64,000 bases of DNA from Lepidodermella squamata (lineage: Eukaryota; Animalia; Gastrotricha). Below are positions 25,153-35,500 of the stretch, one piece after another. The translations under genes and the position numbers were made by a program. Under the pieces are notes generated by a model. It worked only from the letters and a program-made list of their open reading frames with translations, did not search any database and had not been told where the DNA came from. The stretch spans positions 682,001-746,000 of the forward strand of contig JBLDXI010000007.1 of NCBI GenBank assembly GCA_047495785.1, in the 5' to 3' direction. Within the stretch, counting starts at the first letter, position 1. Every line of letters begins with the position of its first letter.

Positions 25153-26139
25153 ATGGCTTCAACAATGAATGCTACTGAAAAATATGCATGGGATTTCTTC
25201 AATGGTTTCTTTCCGGAATACAAAGCAAATCTGATCGAAAAAATTGGTTATTCCAGTATTAGCCGCATCCTTAGGGCGTATGCCTCCTTGCTCGACCTCG
25301 ACCAGGCTGAACGAGACTTCCTACTCGATATGATGGAAGCCGATGAATTTGGAGAAAATCGCTGGATCATCCATGAACGGAACTGCGACGATAAGTCAAC
25401 CCAAACAAGGCCGATTAAGCCGATTGTCCAACTGAATAAGTCAACCGAAACCGAACCGATCGTTCGTGTTAAGCCAAAACGTGTTAAGCCAATCCTACCG
25501 CCTAAGAAAACAAGCGAAACTACTGTTCTACTCCAAACGAATCCGAACTGCGACCGGAAACAACTCTGGTCTAAAATCGTGGCTTCGGCACCGAACGCCA
25601 GCTTCAAGAGCTGTAAGCCAACAGCAGATGGGCTGTCTATTCGTCTCGATTCGAGCGAACAGGCGGCTCAGATCCGATGTCTGGAAAAGATTCCTGGTGC
25701 GAAAATCATTCAAACTGCTAAGCCGAAATACCGAATTGTGTTGACCAACTTCGACACCGATGCTGTATCAACGACTGCGATCAAGGCTGCCTTTGGCGAC
25801 AAGATGACTAAGATGGTCGAACTACGCGGCAAACAAGCTATGTTCGAGCTCAACGACTACGATCTTGCTGAAAATTGCGTGAAAAACGGCCTGATTTGCA
25901 AGCCGTTCATGTTACGATTCCGATGGTTTATTGTCAAGCAATCTGATGTTGTTCAATGTTTCAACTGCCAGCGATATGGCCACCTGGCTCGAAACTGCTC
26001 TGATGAGACGCGATGCTTACGATGTGGTCGCAAACACGACGTGAAGACTTGCTTGCGGGGTGTTCGTTGCTGCAATTGTGGTGGCGAGCACACCGCGAAC
26101 TCGAGGGATTGCCCTCTGCGCCGGCCTTCGGCTGGCTGA
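25153..26139 (+). CDS. Stand-alone LINE-ORF1/gag-like protein (328 aa), no ORF2 downstream
   Basis: Intact ORF ending in three CCHC knuckles: CFNCQRYGHLARNC, CLRCGRKHDVKTC, CCNCGGEHTANSRDC. Preceded by an RRM-like segment. Confidence 0.9.
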   Translation: MASTMNATEKYAWDFFNGFFPEYKANLIEKIGYSSISRILRAYASLLDLDQAERDFLLDMMEADEFGENRWIIHERNCDDKSTQTRPIKPIVQLNKSTETEPIVRVKPKRVKPILPPKKTSETTVLLQTNPNCDRKQLWSKIVASAPNASFKSCKPTADGLSIRLDSSEQAAQIRCLEKIPGAKIIQTAKPKYRIVLTNFDTDAVSTTAIKAAFGDKMTKMVELRGKQAMFELNDYDLAENCVKNGLICKPFMLRFRWFIVKQSDVVQCFNCQRYGHLARNCSDETRCLRCGRKHDVKTCLRGVRCCNCGGEHTANSRDCPLRRPSAG

Positions 26140-26290
26140 AACGAAAGTTTCATGGGAAATTGCAATGCAATTTCAAGACGGGTTGGGGGGTAACCTAGTT
26201 GCTCATCCACTCTAAATTTGGGAAAATTTTTAAGGACGGGATAGTTTTGGTCCCAAGGGGCGGGTTCTGGGTCTAAGTGGTGACGGCGGG

Positions 26291-26439
26291 TGGTTAAGTT
26301 GGTCCCACTTTGGCTACATGATGAATCCGCTGCCAGGTCCGTCTGTGATCTTCCATCACAAGTGACGCTGTAGGGGCAAATTTGATAGCCCGATCGGCGC
26401 GGCTCTGAGCCAAATTCCCCAGTAAGTTAGGGGGGGAAT
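26291..26439 (+). ncRNA. Structured RNA motif, copy 4 (right direct repeat of the ORF1-only unit), box C/D-like closure
   Basis: TTTGGC-TAC-ATGATGA (26318)...GTGACGCTGTAGGG, hairpin GGGC/GCCC, GATCGGCGCGGCT-CTGA (26405)-GCCAAA, then CCCCAGTAAGTTA and G7. Confidence 0.6.
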
Positions 26440-26550
26440 GAAAGGCTAGTGCATGTGGCATGAATTAAAAATTCGCTAATTTACTACTTCTAATTAAAAA
26501 ACTAACTAAAAGCTAAAAACCATCGATATGCACTGCATTCGAATAATTGC

Positions 26551-26645
26551 AAAAAAATTGTTTCGTGGCCTGGACTCGAACCCTCGTTTTGTACTTTGCT
26601 GTGTTTTCTAGAAGCACATCCAAAGCCACTCGACCACTGAACACA
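26551..26645 (-). pseudogene. tRNA-derived (Ser-AGA-like) Pol III unit, not a canonical tRNA
   Basis: Minus strand has A box TGGTCGAGTGG, CTAGAAA, B box GGTTCGAGTCC and a T7 terminator. Acceptor and T stems pair poorly. Confidence 0.6.
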
Positions 26646-29019
26646 ACACATCAGTAATATTTGAATTGAATATTTATGTATCATTAATAGCCCCACACCT
26701 GTCCGAATAGCCCCATCCATGGGGCTATTCGGAATCCTGGTGCCATTGGAATCAGGACCTTCTGAAACGTGTAAAAATGCAAAAAATCAGGGGGTAATTT
26801 TTTTTCGCCGTCCGGATAGCCCCAACTGACGGTAGTGACAAGTGAAAGGTAATTGGAACGTTTTTATGCGAATGAAGAGGGGAACTTGTCACCCATCAAC
26901 TGCCTGTAACTGACGTGAACAAGCCCGAATCCGAGTTATTCAACGACACTCACAACTACGGAGTAGTGAGGCGATGCATCCTGCTTTGACTGCTTTGGTT
27001 CAGCTGTTTTCTTCCCTTTCAAAACGAAGAATGTCTACATCTATTGGAGACTAATTAAGCTCCTTAAAAGTGTTACATTTGAAACCCCAGAGCAGATCAG
27101 ATTTGTCTCTAAAAAGCTGCGCTTGCCAAGCAGAACAGATCGCTCCAGTTGCTTCAGAGATCTACCCGTAACTCATCTTGAAGTAGGCGCCTTTTTTGCC
27201 TTCACTTACTCTGAAACTCTGAGAATTATTTTGCATTTGCATTTGCCAATAGATCGGTTTGAAGTGCCGTAAGCATTCCTGATAGCCCTAATTACAGATA
27301 AGATTCCAGCCAAAATGACCAAGTGGATGCGCTTTGTAAATTATACTTCTGCGCATGATTGTTTTCTTTGATAACTATTAGTCCGTGGCATTTTGCTCTT
27401 GTATTGGCATTTTGATCGTAGTATTTCATTAGGAAGTTAGCGCAAAAATCGTGAAATGCCATCCCAATCCCCATCCCAAATGCCCAAACTTGAATGGTGG
27501 GTCAGGTTTTGTCGTATACGAATCAAGCCAATAATTATGTACGAATAGTCGAAAAGCTGTACATATTATGCACATATAGTCGAAAAACTGTACTACATAA
27601 ATATGTACGAACATCCCCTTCGTATCAAAATATCTGCGAATGGAGAAGGAACAAAAAAAACAGATTTTATCAGGCACCCCTCTGACCAATCACGGTATGA
27701 CTAACCCCTATTTTTGCCTGCGTGCTGTCCACGTGAACCGAGGCTTGCGGCCGTAAACTTTCTCTTCTGAGAAAATTCTGTTTCGAACCCAGGACCTCTG
27801 TGCAACCAGTGTTTCAACAAATGGTGATAGTCATGATTCAACTAGACTATACAGAGATACAGAAAAGTATACTTGAGAATGAACTGTTTTACCCTATGAG
27901 TTTACCCTATGGATATTGAGAAAAATAGATAGAATTATCCTAGACTACGCTTAAAGGAAACGAAGGTGAAATAAGGAAGAATAGGATAAATTTGGTTGAT
28001 CTTAAGAATTTAGCCATGATATAACGGAGAAATTGTCTGAAGCGTTTGTGCTCAGCACGCATTCTGGTAGGCGTTGCAACCGCACGGTATCGGATGCGCC
28101 GCAATAATGATGCTATTACCGACGAATACAAAGTAGCTTATACCAGTACCAAGTATTTTATTACCAAGAGCATGAAAGTACTGCCAAACGAGGTCTCTTA
28201 CGTCGCAACACGAACGATGTATGCTAGGAAATTGATAACTACTTTGGCAGTTTTCGTTGCTCAAATTCTCTCACTCAGCTATGTTTCGCTATTTTCTGTA
28301 AAACATGGCCATCAAATGCCCCAGAATGGAATTCAAAAAATTGTGCGCAATTATTTTTAAATGCGATTCTCGAAGTTTGATTGAAAATTTAGGTCACGGG
28401 AAGCTATTGCGAGTATGAGGCTTTATTTTTTCAAAGGCCTTGAAAAGGGGGGTTTTGTAAATGGGACGGGCGGTAATAACGGGTATATGAAGCTATTACG
28501 GAAAATACGGTATTCAAAAATACGGTATTCTGTCGCATGAAATCCGCGGACGACAGCCGAGGGATAGTCACAGTCGTATGCGCACAAAACAATGACACGC
28601 GCGGGCGCTGAGACAGTGTCGCGCGCGGCTAATTTTTATATCAAAGGAAACCAAATTTGCAAAAAACTTGTCCAACTAAGTTTTTAACCAGAAAAATCGT
28701 TATTTTCGACATCAGTTACCCTATTTCCGCGTATTTTCATCGAAATTTGATAATTTAATTATTTTCACCTAGCGAACGGTATGAATAAGTGTTACAGTGA
28801 TAAAACACACCTCAGTGATGCGGCGTGCTACTCTGATCATCGTAGGCTGGTGCTGATGCTGAATTGAAGGCGATGGGGCATTGGAAATGTATCGTTTCTG
28901 AATCAGAAGCGCAATCAGAGTCAGTTGACCCGAAAAAAGGACTTTTGACGGACCCAGGAATTTGATCCAAATATCGGATCTCGCAGTGAATTTTCGGCAG
29001 TTGAAGTGTTAAGGACTTA

Positions 29020-29669
29020 CAGGGTGATCCAAAAGTCTATGTAGGTTGCCACATGGTTTATTTTATTAGAATTTATTAAGAAATTAGTGTTTTTTATTAT
29101 TTGAAATAGGTCAAATTGAATCCAAACAAATTGGACCATACCGAATTCGAAAAAAATACGAATACGAATACGAATACGAATGATTTTATTTGACTTCCAC
29201 TCGACTAAGGCGTCTGCGTTTCGAAAAAAAATATTTTGCTTTACTGCTTTAGCATCAAAAATTTATAACCGTCAAGTAAACGTTCAACGCAGTCCTCCAA
29301 GCTTGGAAAGCTGTTCAAGCCTGTTTTGGACGAAAAATTAAGGATAATGAGCAGTGGGTTGGTTCTTTTCATCAAAATTCATTCCAGGATTACGATGACT
29401 CTCATTCTAAACACAAATTGCTGAAAGAAATTGCTCAGCGTTACGCAATGCCTCGGAAGCGCTTCAACGGCACCTTTGAAGAATTGCGCAACGCTTAACA
29501 GCGCGCGCATATTTCTTTGTTGGGAGCTCAGTGTGACTCTAATTTTGGTCGAAAAAAATACGACCAAAATTATATATGTTAAATTATATTTGTCAAATTA
29601 TATGTCAAATTATATAATGAATGAATGACAGTTTTTATTACCTAATACATTGACTTTTGGATCACCCTG
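29020..29669. mobile_element. Tc1/mariner-type MITE (650 bp)
   Basis: TIR CAGGGTGATCCAAAAGTC(T/A)ATGTA at both ends with TA TSD. Confidence 0.9.
29157..29219 (-). mobile_element. Extremely 5'-truncated LINE/SINE 3' stub with (TTCGTA)n tail
   Basis: Flanked by TTCGAAAAAAA direct repeats (29146-29156 and 29220-29230). AATAAA on the minus strand. Shares AGAC(C)GCCTTAGT(G)CGA with the LINE 3' end at ~7975-7990. Confidence 0.65.
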
Positions 29670-29887
29670 TATGAAAAAACAACACTAAGTTTCGTTCATC
29701 GGTATTAAAAGGGTGTGCGTGTTTGTGTCACTTAAACGCGCGCTCGCGCCTTCAGCAAACTGGACAAGTGTGCGCACAAACTCCACACCTGCCACTTATA
29801 ACGCAAACAGTAAACATAAACGCGCTGTACACATAAAGTCACGCGCGTTTACAGGCTAAAGTCATAATCGTCAAAGTGACGCAAAGG

Positions 29888-30997
29888 CATAGAGCTAGTT
29901 TTAAGATAGAGGTCCTACTCCTGACAAAGCCTGTAAACGCCATGGGCACCAGATGTTGTGATGAATCAGCATCGAGTGGTTGGAAAAGTAAACAAATCAG
30001 GTGATTTTTCGATTCCCGATTTCTCATCCATGGTAATTTTCTTGTTAAACAGTTTAGTGGTACCAGATAGTGCTTCAAATGGTGAACACTGTGATTATTT
30101 TTTCGAAATTTTCGGAGCAATGTAAAGCAGTGAAATCGGGAAAAACTATTTCGTGATTTCAAATAAATCGACATTAACTAATTATTACATCGAAATTGAA
30201 GCATGTTTTGAATAGGGTGGGTAATTCTGATCAAGGTCTACATTTTTATGCTTGGAGCGAGCTTGGAAGATTTTTTCCTGATTTTCTATGATTTTATGAA
30301 TTATTCCACTTGGTTTTTTTACATTACAAAACTGGAGGTTGCCCGTTGGATTCTATCCAGAATCTTTGTTGACAGCACGTGCGCCATGTGCACAGGGCGT
30401 GGCTGAACTGAGTCCGGAGCTAGACCAGAGTTCGAATGTAGTAAAAAACTGTAACAGTGACGGGTACTCGCGATCACGGGATCATGACCGACGACCCGAC
30501 TTGTATTAGAGGCAAAACAAATCCCAACAAACTAGGAAACTAAGGCTGTTTTATTATTGCTAAGGCTAGGCTAATTCATGATCTCCAAAAACGGAAGATG
30601 CTAATTTCATGTAAAATTGGGCTTTTTATAGCCAGTTCGTGAAACAGGTGGAGCGCGCGCTGTCAAGCAGCACGCGCCGTACAGATGTGGCTAAAACACT
30701 AAACAAGGCGGTGGCGTCACCGCCACAAAAACCATTCATGCAATGAATAAAAAATTTTAGAAAATCAGAAAAAAATCTTCCAAGCTCGCTCCAAGCATCG
30801 AAATGTAGAGCTTGATCAGATTTACCTAGCCCATTAAAAATACGCTTCAATTTCAATTTTAAATAATGAGCGATCGAAAATCACCTGCTTTGTTTACTTT
30901 TCCAACCACTCGATGCTGATTCATCACAACATCTGGTGCCCATGGCGTTTACAGGCTTTGCCAGGAGTAGGACCTCTATCTTAAAACTAGCTCTATG
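29888..30997. mobile_element. Foldback element with CATAGAG termini (P-superfamily-like), 1110 bp
   Basis: CATAGAGCTAGTTTTAAGATAGAGG ... CCTCTATCTTAAAACTAGCTCTATG. ~120-bp near-perfect TIR plus further inverted arms (30225-30290 versus 30757-30820). TSD-like CGCAAAGG / CGCAAAGA. Confidence 0.85.
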
Positions 30998-32569
30998 CGC
31001 AAAGATGAACATAACGTCACTTACTCGTTGTGAAACGTCACTTAAATTGTGGGTTGTGTTGGTATTATTGCTTTAATTGCCTTAATTAAATTCAATGGAA
31101 TCACAAAGCGAAGAAAATGAAATGTTGGAGGATGGTCTTCTCATAGAGATTGGCGGTTTTGGCTCTGACGACGGCGACGAAGACGATCACGAAGATGCCG
31201 ACGAAGAAACTGAAAATCAACCAGTTAACGTGAAGAAAAAGCGGACCCATAAGAAATGGGTCTTCGTCGGGACGTTCGAAAACCACGAGTTGGCGCGCGA
31301 TCACGCCTTGGCGATGGCGGCTGAACATGGTTTCAAAGATTGGGCCTATCAGCGGATGACGTATCACAAAGACGGCTCGACGAAGGAGTACTACTACTGT
31401 CCCGTTGGCGGCCGGGGTGGTGGTCGTGCTGGTCGGACGTGTCAAAAGGAAATCCTTTATCATTTTCACGGGGATTCTTTGGACGTGACACTCTACACTA
31501 CTGATTGCGATCACACTGGTCACGCTGATTATGGTCGAGGTTTGCCGGAAAAAGTTGTTCTTTTAATCAAAAAAGTAAATTTGAAAATTTGAAAAAATTT
31601 ATAAAAATTTATAAAAATTTAATTGTTAAAATTTAGGGCTTTGAAAAGTCGAACATTCACAAGCCGGCTGCCATGGAAGACTTCTTGCGAGGCGAGGATG
31701 TTGACTCGATTCCAACAGACAATATCGCCTATGAGCTGAGAAAATTACGAAATGATGGCCAGGCTCGACCGGAGCCATTCACTCTAGGCGATTTCGAGGC
31801 ATTTTCCGCGACGCGGCGGGTAATTCCTGAAGACCCCGATCAGGCCTATGTTCTTCATCTGGACGTTAAACCGAAGACAACCAAAGACAGTAAACAGGAA
31901 TTTCGTATCATTTTGTCGACGCCTCGACTGCTTAAAATGCACGTCTTCAACGGCCCCTTTCACCCCGATGCCACTTACAAGTTGACCTGGATGGGTTTTC
32001 CTGTCTTAGTTGTAGGAACGAGCGATAAAGACAATCATTTTCACCCCACCGCCATGGCCGAGTGCAGCGGCGAAACACACGTCGACTTTCAGCACGTGTT
32101 TGAAGCGGTGAAGAACTCTTATCGCGATGATACAGGTAATTGAGTGATTACGAGTGGTTTATCCGGTGCTTAATCGCTTAATCTCTCTTTCTAGGCGCAC
32201 CAATGGGACAGCCGGCACTCGGTGTGCGCCAAGACCAAGGCCTTTCTGACCTACTTTAAAGCCGAGTGGCTGGACTACGCCCGCCGAGCTTGCTGGTGGG
32301 AGGGCAATGCGCCGGGTTTGCCGTCGACCAATAACGGCATCGAATCTTATATCGACGTTATAAAACGAATGCATACGTTGCGCGAGCGACTTGCCCTGCG
32401 TGAACTGCTGCAGATGATTGCAGAAGAAAGTTTACCTCGCTTTTCTCGCGACCGAAACGAAACTAATGTGAATTGTAAGAAGTTTTCACGAAGCCAACGA
32501 TTACAGTTGAGCATTGGGCGCATTGGGCGCTTAAGTTTGAGGAGTTCTGTGAACCGGCGACGGTCAACA

Positions 32570-35500
32570 AGCGGAATTCTTCGGCCGCGAATTTAAAAAC
32601 CGCGAAAATTAGTCCGCGTGAAAAATTATCCAAGCGAAAATTAAGGCGCGTGAAAAAATGTTTCCGCCAAAATTAGGGCGCGCAATAATTATTTTGTCAA
32701 ATTTGACCCACAAGTGAAAAACCGCGAAACTTGTGTGTTTATTAGGAAATCGCTTCGCTATTATATAGACATTCGTCGGTTAAGTATACAAAAATTTGAT
32801 CAGGTAACGAACGTCGTTTAACAGTAGCTCGCAGATTATTTTACACGAGTCGGTGACAATTCGAAAGCAGTATGAGAGAAAGATTTAGAAGATCGATTTT
32901 TGATTCAATTTTTGATTAATTTAAAAATATAAGGCGATGATTTTGTAGCGCAAGGTTCACTCGGGAACAGGTTGAGCCGGCGTTCGATGATGCATTTCTG
33001 CGCGAAAGTGCGAATTTCGGCACCGTTGAATTTAACGTGACTGGGCGACCGGTTGTTGGCGATTTCAGCCAGATGTGCCATCGCGAAGAGGCCGCAATCG
33101 TTAGAATTGGACTGCTGCGAACACGGCATAAATTGCACCTCGAGTGTGTTGCGAACGATGTTATTGGCGTAGCGGTCTAGTAGCTGGCGTTTCGCATCTT
33201 GGGACGGCTTTGAGAATGGCCCAAAAAGCGAGTCGTACACTTCGACCTGGCCGCTGACGTTGCTGGAAAGAAACCAGTGTTGCCTGTCGGCGTCATGATG
33301 GACTTGAACACCTTGAAAAAAGCGCAAATTTTTAAATCGAGTTAGAGGTTCGAGGTAACAATAACTAACCTCCGGGTGCAGGCATTTCGCTAAATTTAAA
33401 CTTTCGGTTGCTAATCAAAGTGGAGTCGCAACCCGCGAGTTCCGGTCTTTGATCGCGGAAAAGCGATTGCGCCGCGTCGACGATTCGGTCTTTCACCCAC
33501 GCGCCTTCGGTAATGAAAATCGCGCGTTCGCGCTGCCTGAGAATCAGCTGGCCAATTTGAAGCCAATCTCGCTCCAGATAAGCGAGAAAAGCCGCTTTCA
33601 AGGCAGCAGCTTCGATCAGCGGAAGTTCAGACGATTCAGCGAGAACATTAGCTTCGATTGCTGGGATGAGCTGTTCGTCGCTCGCATCCCGTTGAGATGA
33701 AACGGCCGTCTCGAAGCAAAGCGATGATGGTGCTGTTTCTGCCACAGGAACCGGCGTTGAAGGAAGTGGAGTCGAGGAAGGCGGAGCAGGCGTTGAAGTG
33801 ATCGACCGCCAAAGTGGTGTTGACGTTACAGGTGTAGAATTCGACGGCGTCGGCGAATCGCGAATAACGGCGCGCTTTTTGAAGCAAGCGATCGGTTTTT
33901 CATACTCCTCGTCGTCGCTGTCGGTGAATTCGTTTTTTACCTCGCTGCACTCGCCGATCAAATCGAACGGGACTTCGTTGAACAAAATTCCCGGTCGCTT
34001 CCAGGCAGAAAACACCAAGTCGGGTCGCTTAGCCAGGTCAGCGTACGCGCCACCCAGCCATTCAGCATGAAGAGGCTTGATGATACTGGCCCGCGTGTCA
34101 ACTGGTTTCGCATTAGCTCCATCCGCCTTAAAACTTTCGAAAAATTGATCAGTGTGCCATGCGTCGTACCTGTCGCGGACTCGATTCTTCACGAATTGAT
34201 TGAGGAGGAAATCCGCCGGTTGTAGCTCACTTGTCAGGTTGGGAGGAACATAGATCGGTATCATTCGATGCTCGCGTAAGCAGTCCTTGAATTCCGGCTG
34301 CAGGTGACAAGCGTAATGATCGAGGATGATGATTGCCGGCTGCTCTGGAGGGAGGTCGAGCGACTCGCGAGTTTTGACGCAATATGGATCCAAAATTTCT
34401 ACGACGTAGCGTTTCATCGTATGCTCGACTGACCAGTGAGATGGCGACTCGGTGACATCGAAACCTTCGGGGAAAACCAGTCCACGGTGGCAACGCTCGG
34501 TCTTTCCCGCGTAAATGACCTGCAGGCAAAACCGCGTAATTAGGTTGATGAAAATAAAAAATTTATTAATTAAAAATAGCGCATGTGCAGCGCTCAACTC
34601 CGCGCTCTTACACGCACACACAAGCGCGCGCACAAACAAAATTATGATTTAATTCCCCCTATTTCATCGCTAATTTTTATCATAAGCACGCGCTGTCTAG
34701 CTGTCAAATTTGTTTCTTGAACTTCCTCACCGTCGAAAACTTGATTTTTCATACAATTTTCACCGTTTAAAAAGTTTAAAAAGTAAAAAAAATGCTGTGG
34801 ATATTCTAGATTCTATGGTAAATCATTCAAAATTTTGCGCGCGAGCAGTATGGTCACTTCAGCAAAAATACGAGAGAATAAAAAATTAAAAAATAGTTAA
34901 CCTGAAACGGCAGAATGCTGCCAGCCATAGTTGAGCCGAGAACGACGGTGACCTCGCGCTTGTCATCGACGCCATGAATTTTGACCTGCTTCGAGTTTCG
35001 CCGCTCCATCGTCCAGTTGCCAACCGGAGCTAGTTTAGACGGAAACTGATCAAAGTTAACTATCAGCTCAGGCGGAACGGCGCACTCAAGGGCAGTACGT
35101 CGAACAAGAAGGCACCAGTCCGCCTTGATCTCGTCCTTGTTCGCCACATCCGACTTCGCGCTTTTGGTACCCTTGCGCTTTACGTAGCCCATGCGGCGAA
35201 AAAGGCTCTGCGTCCACGTTTTCGTCAGCCTGATGCGGGTACCACCTTTGCCCATGAGTAGCGTTGGGCACTCGGCGCGAACGATTGCCTCGGCGATTGA
35301 GAGAACGACCAAAGTGTTGACAACCGCACCTTTCTCGCGCAATTTCTCGATGACCTAAGAGAAAAGAAAGCAAAATTATTGCTCATTTGCATCAATTTCA
35401 CGGTCAAATTTGAAAATTTATTCAAACGAAAAAGGGGAAAAGCAACAAAAATAGTTACTTACAATTTGGATATTTTTATCGGTGTCGTCAGGAATCATAA

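Larger units (their letters stand above)
14974..26832. mobile_element. pogo/Tc1-mariner-type TIR element (no transposase) enclosing the LINE, the ORF1-only gene and a Tc1-type element
   Basis: TA|CCGTCATTTGGGGTAATC on the left versus GATAGCCCCAACTGACGG|TA on the right. Subterminal TGGGGCTATTCGGA repeats at both ends. TA TSD. Confidence 0.8.
14912..26947. mobile_element. Small MITE (~180 bp own sequence) split by a 12-kb nested insertion
   Basis: GTCGTTGAATAACTCGGATTTGGGCTTGT...GTCAGTTACA at 14912-14964 is the inverted counterpart of TGTAACTGAC...ACAAGCCCGAATCCGAGTTATTCAACGAC at 26905-26947. No clear TSD. Confidence 0.75.

Noticed and set aside
24754-26439. LTR retrotransposon interpretation of the ORF1-only unit
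   Set aside because: The repeats are strongly diverged, lack TG...CA ends, PBS, PPT and TSD, and the protein has LINE-type triple-knuckle spacing.
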